The notes beneath the pieces were generated by a model that searched no databases, was not told the origin of the DNA, and was given only the letters and a program-made list of their open reading frames with translations. Below, piece after piece: positions 17,329 to 27,710 of a stretch of DNA of 64,000 nt (position 1 is its first letter; each line of letters opens with the position of its first letter). Source of the DNA: Candidatus Hydrothermarchaeota archaeon (GTDB taxonomy: Archaea; CAYFZR01); NCBI GenBank assembly GCA_046760505.1, contig JBHIEG010000002.1, positions 1 to 64,000 of the forward strand, given 5' to 3'. Both the position numbers and the translations under genes were made by a program.

Positions 17329-18180
17329 ATGTATTACATAAAATCATTCGACCCTTGGAAAAGTAATTTATGTACCTGTCCCGAGAAGTATTCATTTAAC
17401 CCTTATACAGGATGTGACCATAAATGCATTTACTGTTATTCAACCTCATACATTCCGAACTTCTATAATTTAAGATTAAAAAAAGATTTAATCAAGAAAG
17501 TAAGGGCAGATATCAAAAAGATTCCCAGAGATTCTTTGATATCCATTTCAAACACATCTGACCCCTATCCTAAAATTGAAGCTCAGCTGGGATTGACGAG
17601 GAAATCTCTGGAGATATTCAAGGAAATGGGCTTCAGGGTTCTCATAATAACAAAGGGGACCATTGTAACGAGAGATGCTGACCTTCTTGGCGATATGAAA
17701 GCCGCGGTTACCATTACCATCACTACTCTCACTCAAGAAACCTGCAAAAAACTAGAACCCAGTGCACCTTTACCAGAAGATAGGATAAATGCGTTAAAAA
17801 TTCTATCTGATGCAAATGTTCCTTTAGGAATAAGATTAGATCCTGTTTTTCCCTTTATAAATGAAAAAGAAATAGGCGAAATCGTTTATAGGGTCTCAGA
17901 TTACGCTGATCATATTGTATCCAGTACTTTTAAGCCCAGATATGATAGTTTAAAGAGATTCAATAATGCATTTCCGGATTTCGCAAGAATCCAAGATTTA
18001 TTTTTAAAGAAAGGAAGAGTTTACTACTTGGCAAAAGATATCAGAAGAGAACTAATGTTAAAGGTAAGGGATGCCTGCAATGATTATGGTCTGACCTTTG
18101 CTTCTTGTAGAGAAGGTTTCAACGATCTCAATACGGCTAAAACCTGCGATGGTAGCCATTTGATTGATAGCGTTGATTAA
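17329..18180 (+). CDS. Radical SAM protein (SplB/Rv2578c-like)
   Basis: NPYTGCDHKCIYCY, SDPYP..E, LEPSAP...R. Confidence 0.85.
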   Translation: MYYIKSFDPWKSNLCTCPEKYSFNPYTGCDHKCIYCYSTSYIPNFYNLRLKKDLIKKVRADIKKIPRDSLISISNTSDPYPKIEAQLGLTRKSLEIFKEMGFRVLIITKGTIVTRDADLLGDMKAAVTITITTLTQETCKKLEPSAPLPEDRINALKILSDANVPLGIRLDPVFPFINEKEIGEIVYRVSDYADHIVSSTFKPRYDSLKRFNNAFPDFARIQDLFLKKGRVYYLAKDIRRELMLKVRDACNDYGLTFASCREGFNDLNTAKTCDGSHLIDSVD

Positions 18181-18234
18181 TCTAATTTTCCTCCCTAAGT
18201 ACTTGGGATAACTTAAGAAGTCATCCAATTAAAG

Positions 18235-18311
18235 TGGTGCCGCGGACCGGATTTGAACCGGTGACATTCGGATCTTCAGTCCGACACTCTCCCTGACTGA
18301 GTTACCGCGGC
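18235..18311 (-). tRNA. tRNA-Phe(GAA), CCA encoded
   Basis: Reverse complement GCCGCGG...TCGGA-CTGAAGA-TCCGA...TTCAAAT...CCGCGGC-A-CCA. Confidence 0.96.
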
Positions 18312-18327
18312 TCCTTTCTTAAGAATA

Positions 18328-18401
18328 TGGGCCCGGGGCGATTCGAACGCCCGATCTCCGCCGTGTCAGGGCGACGTCATAACCAACTAGACCACGGGCC
18401 C
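18328..18401 (-). tRNA. tRNA-Val(GAC)
   Basis: Reverse complement GGGCCCG...TCGCC-CTGACAC-GGCGG...TTCGAAT...CGGGCCC-A. Confidence 0.96.
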
Positions 18402-18426
18402 TAGCCAATTTTATTCTATGGTACAA

Positions 18427-19035
18427 TTATTTAAAGTTTTTAGGGTCTTCAATGAAAGATATCTTATCACCGGAAATTTCCTCATTTATCTTCTCTTCTC
18501 TGTACCAGTCTCTTGTGATTAAACCGCCGATTAAAAAACCAGTTAAGATTCCAACTAAATGTGAAAGGAATCCTGTAGCGCTTGATAGTATGAAAAAAAG
18601 GAATCCAAACATTAATGCGGTATAAACTCCTCCAGAATACTGATTCCTTAAGGCAATCAAGCAGGCGCCTGTTAAACCGAATATTGCTCCGGACGCTCCA
18701 GCAGAGACAGAATTGGGCGAATAAAGAAAAGCAGGGAAGATGGATAATAATCCACAGGAAAAATAAATAAATAGAAAGCATTTCTTCCCGTATATTTTTT
18801 CTCCCTTAACCCCAAAGAATGCCAGAAACACCATATTGAATCCTAAATGGGATAAGTGAAAATGTGCAAACATAGAGGTTAAGACTTGCCAGTATGATCC
18901 ATTCAAAAACATGTTTTTTGAGAATCCGAATATGTGCATCCAGTAGTCATTTATCCGCAATAAATCATGGCTTAGATAAGCCAAAATCATATAAAATCCG
19001 GTGTTGATTGCGATCAAAATAGCAGTGAGCCTCAT
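18427..19035 (-). CDS. Rhomboid family intramembrane serine protease
   Basis: WQVLTSMFAH...HLGFNM, GASGAIFG (catalytic Ser), SHLVG (catalytic His). Confidence 0.92.
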   Translation of the reverse strand: MRLTAILIAINTGFYMILAYLSHDLLRINDYWMHIFGFSKNMFLNGSYWQVLTSMFAHFHLSHLGFNMVFLAFFGVKGEKIYGKKCFLFIYFSCGLLSIFPAFLYSPNSVSAGASGAIFGLTGACLIALRNQYSGGVYTALMFGFLFFILSSATGFLSHLVGILTGFLIGGLITRDWYREEKINEEISGDKISFIEDPKNFK

Positions 19036-19167
19036 GTGATCAAACTCACATGACTCTAGCAATTATGATTAAAAAAAACTTTCGCTTTTAAAGTTAAAAC
19101 TTTAAAATTGGAGAAAGGCCTGAGATAATTAATAAAATAATCTAAAATAGATGAGAGAATCGGCTGA

Positions 19168-20277
19168 CTATACAAATATGTAGTCCAGTCCGATTTCGTC
19201 CTTTAAGGGTTTTTTCTGGTAAAATGTTCCTGGTCCGAGTATTTGTGAGGAATGAACTCCTGTTATTATCACCACAACTCTTACACTACCTTCCATCTCT
19301 TTGGATATCCTTGCTCCCCAGATTACCTGTGCATGAGGATCCAGTTGATCTGTTATTAACTCTCCAATTCTATTAGCCTCTCCCAATGTGAGATCTGGTC
19401 CTCCAGTTATGTGAATCAATGCTCCAGTTGCCCCTCTGTAGTCTATATCTAAGAGCGGACTGTGTAAAGCTTTTTCAACAACATCTTCTACTCTCTGCTG
19501 GGAGTTTGATTCGCCTATTCCCATCATTGCAACGCCGCCATTTACCATGACTGCCTTTACATCCGCATAGTCCAGATTAATTAGGCTTGGTATTGTAATC
19601 GTTTCGGCGATTCCTTTCACACTCTGGGCTATAATTTCATCTGCAACGCTAAATGCCTGTTCGATGGGTAGATGAGGTACGAACTGAACCAATCTGTTGT
19701 TATCTAAAACGATAACTGTGTCGCATGCTTCCCTTAACCTTTCTAATCCTTCCATAGCCTTGCTTATCCTTGCCTTTTCCATGTAAAAAGGTGTTGTTAC
19801 TATGGCTATTACGACCGCTCCCTGCTCTTTCGCATTTTCGGCGATTATTGGAGCGGATCCGGTTCCTGTGCCTCCACCCATTCCAGCAGTGATGAAAACC
19901 AGATCTGCACCATCAAAAAGTTTTTGGAAAACTTGTTTTGCTTGTTCCGCTGCTTTTCTCCCTATTTCAGGATAGCCACCAGCGCCAAGTCCTTTTGTCA
20001 AATTTTTTCCGATTAATATTTTCTTCGCTGACCTCACTATGTCTAGGTGCTGTTTGTCTGTGTTCACAGCTACCGTCTCTGCTCCGAGTATGCCTATGTT
20101 GTGAAGACGATTCACTGTGTTATTACCTCCGCCTCCGGTGCCAACTACCAGTATTCTGGCGTTTCCAAATTCCTCGCCTCTCTTTCTATTCAAGCTAAAT
20201 CTACTAAAATGGTCTCTTCTTATTTGTTCTTCCCTTTCAGCATTGATAAGAGCACTTTTTATTATCGAGTCCATCAA
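19168..20277 (-). CDS. ftsZ: Cell division protein FtsZ (FtsZ2-type context)
   Basis: [34 protein letters not shown]; directly downstream of cdrS. Confidence 0.97.
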   Translation of the reverse strand: MMDSIIKSALINAEREEQIRRDHFSRFSLNRKRGEEFGNARILVVGTGGGGNNTVNRLHNIGILGAETVAVNTDKQHLDIVRSAKKILIGKNLTKGLGAGGYPEIGRKAAEQAKQVFQKLFDGADLVFITAGMGGGTGTGSAPIIAENAKEQGAVVIAIVTTPFYMEKARISKAMEGLERLREACDTVIVLDNNRLVQFVPHLPIEQAFSVADEIIAQSVKGIAETITIPSLINLDYADVKAVMVNGGVAMMGIGESNSQQRVEDVVEKALHSPLLDIDYRGATGALIHITGGPDLTLGEANRIGELITDQLDPHAQVIWGARISKEMEGSVRVVVIITGVHSSQILGPGTFYQKKPLKDEIGLDYIFV

Positions 20278-20288
20278 ATCTTCCTCCG

Positions 20289-20447
20289 CTAAAATGCAGC
20301 CTCCTGTGCCGTAATATTATATTTCGTTAAAAGTTCTCTTATTGCGGCACGGACGACCTCGCTTTTTGAAGGATATTCACCTGCCAGCACCAATACATCT
20401 ATTCTGTCGATCTGCTGCTTTGGCAATCGGATTGTTACTCTTTCCAT
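20289..20447 (-). CDS. cdrS: Ribbon-helix-helix cell-division regulator CdrS (not in ORF track)
   Basis: Hand translation MERVTIRLPKQQIDRIDVLVLAGEYPSKSEVVRAAIRELLTKYNITAQEAAF (52 aa); SD GGAGGGGGTGA; immediately upstream of ftsZ. Confidence 0.9.
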   Translation of the reverse strand: MERVTIRLPKQQIDRIDVLVLAGEYPSKSEVVRAAIRELLTKYNITAQEAAF

Positions 20448-20714
20448 CAATTTTATTCACCCCCTCCGCGAATAAGTTAATATGTGAATAACTTTGTGAA
20501 TAACAAAATATATAAAGTTTTCCCTGTAATTCTAAATTTGGTTTAGGGATCAAACAATCAAGTTAAAGAAATATGTGATAATAATAGTTTTTAATTAAAT
20601 TTAACGTCGGACAGGGGTTGAATATCGGTCTGCGATGAATATATATACCTGTAAATAGTTAATAAATGAATAATAACTGAATGTAGTCCGAATGATGACC
20701 TGTGAACAAAGAAG

Positions 20715-21173
20715 GTGTGTACAGTGAAAAAGAAGGTGATAATTGAAATTGAGGAATCCCCCGGAGAAAAAGAAACGATAACAATCCAAGGAGATAATCT
20801 CTGGGGTAAGTTGCTAAAATATAAGCACTTATTAGTAGATACGCCAGAACAATTAGACTTTTCTGATGATTTAAAATCTGAAGGTTATGATTTAACAAGT
20901 ATAGATAAACCGTACTGGCTTCCCAGCGAAAAAAAACTTAAAAACATGAGTAGAAAAGAAAAACTCTTCTTATTACTGAGAGAAATGCATCCAAACGAAT
21001 GGGTCAAATCTCAACAACTCAAGCGGGAGTATATTAACATATTCGAAGAGGACCTCCCGCTGAGCTCGGTGTCCACATATCTAGCAAGGCTACACAAAGA
21101 TGGATTCGTTGAAAGGAGAGGTTCAAGAGCCCAAAGAGAGTATCGATTGGTCAGTGAAGCTATTTCGCCATAA
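20715..21173 (+). CDS. Winged-helix DNA-binding protein
   Basis: C-terminal WVKSQQLKREY...LSSVSTYLARLHKDGFVERRG...EYRL. Confidence 0.75.
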   Translation: MCTVKKKVIIEIEESPGEKETITIQGDNLWGKLLKYKHLLVDTPEQLDFSDDLKSEGYDLTSIDKPYWLPSEKKLKNMSRKEKLFLLLREMHPNEWVKSQQLKREYINIFEEDLPLSSVSTYLARLHKDGFVERRGSRAQREYRLVSEAISP

Positions 21174-21291
21174 AAAAAGCTCTCTTCATTTCAAGTGTCC
21201 CTGTTCACGCATGAATAACTGATAATATCAGATAATATCTGTAAACAACAAACCCAAATGTATTTATGTCCTCAGTTGATAAATTAATTAT

Positions 21292-21604
21292 GCGGGCTAG
21301 ACTGGGGGGCTGGCGGTCCCCTGTAACCTCAAATCCCGCCATACGGAGGAGTCGAAGCCTTGGGGGCAGTAGACGTAACTGCTTTAAGGCCTAACTGTCT
21401 TGCAATGAGTCTCTGCCCTATGGGGTTCGCAGGTGCCCGGAACAGTCTCCGGAGGGAGATTTATTCCGGCTTTGCCTCTGAACAGGCTAGGCCCGGAAGG
21501 GAGCAGTCATAAGGAGGTACTGTGACGCTCGTAGGTAACCAGAGATGAGTCAAGCAGTTAGGGACCTTGGAGCAGTGAAACTACTCACCTCAAGGCGCGC
21601 CCGC
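21292..21604 (+). ncRNA. ffs: Archaeal SRP (7S) RNA
   Basis: 5' GCGGGC pairs with 3' GCCCGC; Alu-like CCCCTGTAACC; helix-8 AGGCCCGGAAGGGAGCAG; about 310 nt. Confidence 0.92.
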
Positions 21605-21606
21605 TT

Positions 21607-21693
21607 GTCGGGGTAGCCAAGTCTGGTAAGGCGCTGGCCTGCTAAGCCAGTGGTCGTAAGACCTCCCGGGTTCAAATCCCGGCCCCGGCGCCA
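21607..21693 (+). tRNA. tRNA-Ser(GCT), CCA encoded
   Basis: CTGGC-CTGCTAA-GCCAG; long variable arm; TTCAAAT; starts 2 nt after the SRP RNA. Confidence 0.95.
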
Positions 21694-21935
21694 ATTTAAT
21701 CACTCTTTATCTCATAACCGCCGGTGCTGATTTATTTCATCGTATTCTCACTTAACTCAGCAAGAAGTGTTGGAGTATGAGAATTTGCCTATAAATATTT
21801 ATGTAATTAGAAATTAGAAAGAATAATTTTTTAAAAGAATTGCTATAACATTGAATTTATAAAATTTAAGGATTTTTTCATAAGTTAAAATGAATTTGAA
21901 GTTAAAGCAAACTATTTATAATCCAAAAACAGGCT

Positions 21936-24900
21936 ATGATCATGAAAAGCGTAATTATTAAGTTAACCGTTGGATTCATAATAATTACTATTCTCTCAGG
22001 AGTTATCGCCTACAACTTAGATGATCTGTACCTCATCAATAAAGGAAATGCAATCATTTATTTTCCTGATAATTTGTTTAGCGGTACTCAAACGTCTCTA
22101 CTGATACAAACAACCGATGTGGAAGGATTTCCAAAGGAGAACGAGCATGTCAGTGTCTTGTTAATTACCAAAAATAAAACGTATCACCTCTTTGAGGGTA
22201 ACACAGATGAGAGCGGATCTGCTCAGGCAATTATAAACGTTCCTGATTTTACTGGAGAGGCGACTTTGTTAATTCATGCAGCAGGAACAGAGATTGAAAG
22301 GAGAATCGAGGTCAAAGAGACTTATAGAATACTCATCTCAACCGACAAGCCAATATATCAGCCCGGTCAGATAGTTCATATAAGAATTCTAAGTTTTCAA
22401 GGCATTGAGCCAAAGGCTTCTAATAAAGAAGTTAAATTGGAGATAAACGATCCTAATGGTAATATCATTTACAGAAAGGTGCTAATCCCAAACGAATATG
22501 GTATAGCGAGCGTTGATTTTTCCCTCTCAGAACAACTTCCGCTTGGAAACTACAAGATTGAGGCAGAAGTTGGAGGAAAAAAGGTAGAAAAAACAGTCAT
22601 TGTGAAAAAATATGTCCTTCCTAAGTTTAGCATAAATTTTGAAGGTTTAAAATCTTGGTATCTAGTAAACGAGAGGATAAAAGGGAAAATAATCTGCAAT
22701 TACTTCTTTGGAAAAGAAGTAGAGGGGAATGTAAACATAAGCGTCAAAGCATACTACGGCATTTGGAAAGAAGTAAGTCGGGCATCTGGTAGATTGGAGG
22801 ATGGAGAATTTGATTTTAATTTTGATCCAGTTGGTTACGTTATAGGGATACCCTTTGAGAAAGGTAGCGGATTAATAAGATTAGATGTTGGAGTGACGGA
22901 TGAAGGAGGTCACAAAGAGAAAAAATCTATTTCCTTGCCTATATCTGGTAAACCAATTCTTCTAACGCTCATCACAGATAAAAATGTCTTGAATACCAGA
23001 TCTATCTATTACATAATCGCAAAATATCCTGACGGCTCTCCGGTAAGGGATGCTGACGTTAAGATATCGATCGGTAATGATGAGAACTACTTTACTAGAA
23101 CAGACGATAGAGGTATAGCCAAATTTGAATTTATATTTCATGGAGAAGATTCCATAAACATAAGTGCAGTTAAGGATAATTATTCTATCAGGGAAACTTT
23201 TTCTCTGCATTCTTCTGATGGTTTGAAGATAATTCCTGAAAAAACAACCTACAACATAGGAGAAAGAGCCAAATTCGATGTTATCTACAAAGGCGACTCG
23301 CTTACAGACTGGGTATTCTACGATATAGCATCTAAGGGTTTCATCGTTACAACTGGCAAACTCAAACTTGAGGATGGAAGAGGCAATTTCTCCGTTACTG
23401 TTTCCCCTGACATGATTCCCCTAGCAAAGGTAAGAGTATACAAAACCCAACAAGACCTAAAAGTTGTAAAGGATACCGCAGTAATTGGAATAACTTCTCC
23501 GAACAAATTGGAGGTGGAAATAACCAAAGATAAAGATCAGTACTTACCGCATGAACCCATTACCCTGCACTTCAAAATCAAAGACAAAGATAAGCCTGTT
23601 GTATCGGCTTTAGGAATTTCTATAGTTGATAAATCTGTTTTTGAAATAAGTGAACGGTTCTATGGAATAGAAAAATTGTACTTTGCTTTGGAAGAGGATT
23701 TCATAAAACCCCAGTACGAAATTCACGAGTATGTATTTTCGAACTCACGTATACTCACTCCTGCTAGAAATGTTCCAAAAGAAGTTCAAATAGGCGATTT
23801 TGGATCTGAAACCAGTATAATAAAGACTTGGCAGAGGGACATTGAACGCGCGAGTATTTTAAGAGAATATGCGATTAAGAAATTTTGGCAGGGTCTTGCC
23901 TTCTCTTCGATATTTTTATTCTTAGTCTCTTTTGCTATCGCCGATTACAGAGTGCTTAAAAAATACGGAAAGACTCCTGCTCTCGTGATCTTTTTGGTAT
24001 TTGTTGTTCTTCTATCCATTGCTACCTCAATTTCAACTTATTTGTTAATGCCGATATCTTGTCCACCACCTGTAGTGGTAGAAAAAGGAATGGTAATGGA
24101 TATGCAAAGAGCTCCTGGAATTGCTATTCGGAGTGAGATGGTTAAAACTTCAATGGAAAGGGCAATGAAGAAAGAAGAAAAAAGTATTGGAGAAGAAGAA
24201 TATGCAAGACAATTTTTCCCTGAGACGTGGTACTGGGAACCCGTATTGATCACCGACGAAAAAGGAGAAGCCAGCATATCTTTGATAACCCCGGATTCCA
24301 TAACTTCTTGGGAAGTCTCCTTAATTGCATCCACAAAGGATGCGAGGTTTGGAACAGGCAATCAAGAGATAACCGTTTTCAAGGAGTTCTTTATTGAGCC
24401 AGATATACCCTCCTCCGCAATAAGAGGGGAAAAATTCCCGCTGGGAGTAATGATATACAACTACGATAAAAAAGATCATGAAATTAATGTAAAAATAATG
24501 AAATCAGATTGGTTTGAACTCCTATCCAATCCTGAAAAAATTATTAACGTGAAATCTAAGAGCGTATCCAGAGTTGAATTTAATATTATACCCAGATCGG
24601 TGGGAAAACATAATTTAACTATTTACGCATTTTCTGATGCTAAAAAAGATGCCATAATTAAAGAAATGAGAATAGAACCTGATGGAAAAGCTCTTACAGA
24701 TATAAAAAATGGTGAGTTAAAAAACGAGCAAACTGTAATGAAGAATTTAATTCTACTACCAAATAGAGTTCCTGAGAGTGAGGATGCATTTGTAAAGATT
24801 CAAGGAGGAATGGAATCAGTTATATTGGATGGAGCTGAAGGTTTCATGCACTTTGTATCTGGGTGTGGTGAGCAATCCTTATCAAGACTCTCCGTCGATA

Positions 24901-26336
24901 TTTTAGCATACCAGAATTTAATGAAGAAAAAGGGGATTACCGAAGAACAGATGTTCAAGTACGAGAATATGATTACCCAGGGAATCCAGCACGAATTGAT
25001 ATACCTCAAAGAAGGAAAAAAAGGAGGAAGAGGAATTGTATGGTTCCCGCACGATGAAGACGCACATCCTTGGCTTACTTCGTGGGGGCTCCTAACTTTT
25101 CAGGATGCTAGGAGCGCTGGATATACGATAGACGATAAAATTATAGAGGACATGCAGACTTTCCTCCTGAAACTTCAAAAGAATGACGGATCATTTGAAT
25201 TTCCTGAATGGGGGTTATACGAAACCACGAACCCTATTTTAAAAGCAAAGAAGGTGGCCACTACTTCATACATCATACATGCCTTAACGTACTCAGGATA
25301 CTCCTCAAAAAGTGAAGAAGTTAGGAGAGCAATCGACTTTATAGAGAAAAATATTAGAGATAACTGGGACGATCCCTACACACTGTCTCTAGCTTTAATC
25401 GTTTTGGAAGATGCAAACGGTGATAAAAAATTAAGAGATGAGATTGCTGACAGATTAATCGAGCTTAAGGAAAAAGAAAACGGAACGTTCTACTGGACAT
25501 CCCGCATAAGCATGTACTCCAACGTAGAAGGAAGATTTAAATTCAACGAACGCACAATCGAGACGACTGGTTATGCAATAATGGCATTACAAAAGCACGG
25601 AGACATCGAAATAGTAAGAAAAGCAATTGATTATCTTTTAACTCATAGAAACGCGATCGGTGGTTTCTTTACAACCCAAGACACAATTGTTGCATTCCAA
25701 GCTTTGAATAACTTCGGTTCTATTCCAATAAAAGACCTTACAATCAATGCATACATTAACGATCGCTTAATAAAGACAATACATCTAACAGAGGCTAACA
25801 AAGATCTCACCTATTTCATTGACCTCAGACCCTATCTGAAAGAAAAAAATCTCGTGGAATTAAAGAGCGAAGGAGAAGGGATTGCACTTTATCAAATATA
25901 CATGGAACAGTATCTCCCATGGAAAATTCTTGAATTTGAAAAGCCAAGTGAACTTCTGCTCAATGTAACATACGATGCCAAAAAGATAAGGGTAAACGAT
26001 ATCTTGAAGGCGCACTGCAAAATAAAATATCAGGGGAAAGCAGAGGAAATAAGAATGGTTTTGATTGATCTCAGAGCGCCGGTTGGTTTCTCATTTATAG
26101 AGGAAGACTTCAAATCTCTAGTCAATAGCGATACGATAGACAACTATGAAATAAAAGGTAGACAGGCTTTAGTTTACATAGAAGGTTTGAAAAGAGGAGA
26201 TACGGTTGAATTCGATTATAGATTGAGAGCAGAAAAGCCAATAAAGGGGGTAATTCAGGGAGTTAAGGCATTCGATATGTATAACATGAAGTCTAAGGCA
26301 GAGATGCCCCCAGTAGAGATTACATCTTTCGTTTGA
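21936..26336 (+). CDS. Alpha-2-macroglobulin family thioester protein
   Basis: STDKPIYQPGQ, YVLPKF, RQFFPETWYW, PDSITSW, GCGEQ thioester motif, WLTS, GGFFTTQDT; N-terminal signal/anchor. Confidence 0.93.
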   Translation: MIMKSVIIKLTVGFIIITILSGVIAYNLDDLYLINKGNAIIYFPDNLFSGTQTSLLIQTTDVEGFPKENEHVSVLLITKNKTYHLFEGNTDESGSAQAIINVPDFTGEATLLIHAAGTEIERRIEVKETYRILISTDKPIYQPGQIVHIRILSFQGIEPKASNKEVKLEINDPNGNIIYRKVLIPNEYGIASVDFSLSEQLPLGNYKIEAEVGGKKVEKTVIVKKYVLPKFSINFEGLKSWYLVNERIKGKIICNYFFGKEVEGNVNISVKAYYGIWKEVSRASGRLEDGEFDFNFDPVGYVIGIPFEKGSGLIRLDVGVTDEGGHKEKKSISLPISGKPILLTLITDKNVLNTRSIYYIIAKYPDGSPVRDADVKISIGNDENYFTRTDDRGIAKFEFIFHGEDSINISAVKDNYSIRETFSLHSSDGLKIIPEKTTYNIGERAKFDVIYKGDSLTDWVFYDIASKGFIVTTGKLKLEDGRGNFSVTVSPDMIPLAKVRVYKTQQDLKVVKDTAVIGITSPNKLEVEITKDKDQYLPHEPITLHFKIKDKDKPVVSALGISIVDKSVFEISERFYGIEKLYFALEEDFIKPQYEIHEYVFSNSRILTPARNVPKEVQIGDFGSETSIIKTWQRDIERASILREYAIKKFWQGLAFSSIFLFLVSFAIADYRVLKKYGKTPALVIFLVFVVLLSIATSISTYLLMPISCPPPVVVEKGMVMDMQRAPGIAIRSEMVKTSMERAMKKEEKSIGEEEYARQFFPETWYWEPVLITDEKGEASISLITPDSITSWEVSLIASTKDARFGTGNQEITVFKEFFIEPDIPSSAIRGEKFPLGVMIYNYDKKDHEINVKIMKSDWFELLSNPEKIINVKSKSVSRVEFNIIPRSVGKHNLTIYAFSDAKKDAIIKEMRIEPDGKALTDIKNGELKNEQTVMKNLILLPNRVPESEDAFVKIQGGMESVILDGAEGFMHFVSGCGEQSLSRLSVDILAYQNLMKKKGITEEQMFKYENMITQGIQHELIYLKEGKKGGRGIVWFPHDEDAHPWLTSWGLLTFQDARSAGYTIDDKIIEDMQTFLLKLQKNDGSFEFPEWGLYETTNPILKAKKVATTSYIIHALTYSGYSSKSEEVRRAIDFIEKNIRDNWDDPYTLSLALIVLEDANGDKKLRDEIADRLIELKEKENGTFYWTSRISMYSNVEGRFKFNERTIETTGYAIMALQKHGDIEIVRKAIDYLLTHRNAIGGFFTTQDTIVAFQALNNFGSIPIKDLTINAYINDRLIKTIHLTEANKDLTYFIDLRPYLKEKNLVELKSEGEGIALYQIYMEQYLPWKILEFEKPSELLLNVTYDAKKIRVNDILKAHCKIKYQGKAEEIRMVLIDLRAPVGFSFIEEDFKSLVNSDTIDNYEIKGRQALVYIEGLKRGDTVEFDYRLRAEKPIKGVIQGVKAFDMYNMKSKAEMPPVEITSFV

Positions 26337-26392
26337 GCTTAATGAGCGATAAGTTTAACTACGATAATCACAACCTACACTGTGCATAAACA

Positions 26393-26466
26393 GGGCCCGT
26401 GGTCTAGTTGGTTATGACGCTGCCCTTACAAGGCAGAGATCGGGCGTTCGAATCGCCCCGGGCCCA
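26393..26466 (+). tRNA. tRNA-Val(TAC)
   Basis: GGGCCCG...CTGCC-CTTACAA-GGCAG...TTCGAAT...CGGGCCC-A. Confidence 0.96.
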
Positions 26467-26473
26467 TTCTCGC

Positions 26474-27172
26474 ATGAGGAGGAGTTCTTTGTATCAAAGA
26501 AAGATAGGCAGAAACGATCCATGCCCTTGTGGCAGTGGAGAAAAATATAAAAAATGCTGTTTATCTCAGCATTTGAGAATAATAAGAACAGTTCCTGTAT
26601 TGAAGTCTATGATCGATGAATTTTCTGATTTGAGGAGATTTAAACAGGATATAAAAGAGTGCGTCTCTTTGTTCCTAACAGATATTGATATCCCAGATGA
26701 GTTCATCCAAGTGAGAGTTCATGACTGGTTCATCTTTAACTACACTCTCTCCTCTGGGAAAACTATTCTACAAACATTTAAAGAGGAAAAAGCAAACGAA
26801 CTCAGTAATGATGAACTAGAAATCCTTGAAGAATGGGAAAATACAATATTTGGTGTATTCCAGATAACAAAAGTAATTGAGAACAAAGGAGTTAATCTTA
26901 AAGATATATTCACGGGAAGAGAATATTTAGTTGAGGATTTAAGAGCCGCAAAGCCTGAATTAGAAAACAGTGTTTTGGTTACGAGAATAATGAAAGTTTT
27001 TGGCACCTCTTATTTTTCTGACTCTGTGATATTCTTCCCTGCCAACCTTAAGGAAAGATTATATGAGTTTGGCATTACCCAGTTTGAAAAATTTAGAAAG
27101 GATAAACCGGACTCTGAATGGGATGATTTCATCAAAGAAAGGGGATATGTCTTCAACCACTTTCGAAAATAA
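26474..27172 (+). CDS. SEC-C zinc-binding motif protein
   Basis: [19 protein letters not shown]; the ORF-track start lies inside the tRNA, so the real start is ATG 26474 or TTG 26489. Confidence 0.85.
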   Translation: MRRSSLYQRKIGRNDPCPCGSGEKYKKCCLSQHLRIIRTVPVLKSMIDEFSDLRRFKQDIKECVSLFLTDIDIPDEFIQVRVHDWFIFNYTLSSGKTILQTFKEEKANELSNDELEILEEWENTIFGVFQITKVIENKGVNLKDIFTGREYLVEDLRAAKPELENSVLVTRIMKVFGTSYFSDSVIFFPANLKERLYEFGITQFEKFRKDKPDSEWDDFIKERGYVFNHFRK

Positions 27173-27222
27173 TTCGCGTTTCTTAAAAGTTCTTATATAT
27201 GGTTTATGATAAATCTTAGACT

Positions 27223-27705
27223 ATGATAGGAATAATCTCAGACACCCATGATAGGCTGGAAAAAATAGAAAGAGCGGTAGAAATTTTCAATGAGATTGGC
27301 GTGGAATTGGTCATACATGCAGGCGATTTCATATCACCATTTACAGCAAAATATTTTTCTAGACTAAACTCAAAGCTCGTTGGCGTATTTGGAAACAACG
27401 ATGGGGATAAAAAAACTTTAAAGAAGAGATTTGATTTCGCAGTTTTAGAAGATTTCATTGATTTTGAGTATAAAGGAAAAAAAATATGCGTAATTCATGG
27501 AGATAACGAAAAATTAGTCAACGCCCTTGTACATTCTGGAATTTACGATATCGTAGTAACAGGACATACCCATGAGCCCGAAATAAAAAAGATAGAAGAC
27601 GTCTTGCTAATAAACCCAGGAGAAGCCTGTGGTTATCTAAGCGAAAGGTCTACCGTAATCAAATTTGATCCACTTACATTAGAGGAGGAGATCATAGAAC
27701 TATAG
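27223..27705 (+). CDS. Metallophosphoesterase (MJ0936/YfcE family)
   Basis: SDTH, HAGD, GNND, HG, GHTH, NPG motifs. Confidence 0.93.
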   Translation: MIGIISDTHDRLEKIERAVEIFNEIGVELVIHAGDFISPFTAKYFSRLNSKLVGVFGNNDGDKKTLKKRFDFAVLEDFIDFEYKGKKICVIHGDNEKLVNALVHSGIYDIVVTGHTHEPEIKKIEDVLLINPGEACGYLSERSTVIKFDPLTLEEEIIEL

Positions 27706-27710
27706 GTGAG

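Noticed and set aside
21694-26392. A2M gene as a tRNA-integrated island
   Set aside because: No duplicated tRNA 3' end (att site) or integrase is visible
18328-26466. Near-identical inverted 74-nt sequences flanking 8 kb, suggesting an invertible or integrated element
   Set aside because: They are two complete tRNA-Val isoacceptors (GAC and TAC); the enclosed genes are core (ftsZ, SRP RNA) and no recombinase is present
26408-26473. N-terminal extension of the SEC-C ORF in the ORF track
   Set aside because: It overlaps tRNA-Val(TAC); the real start is downstream
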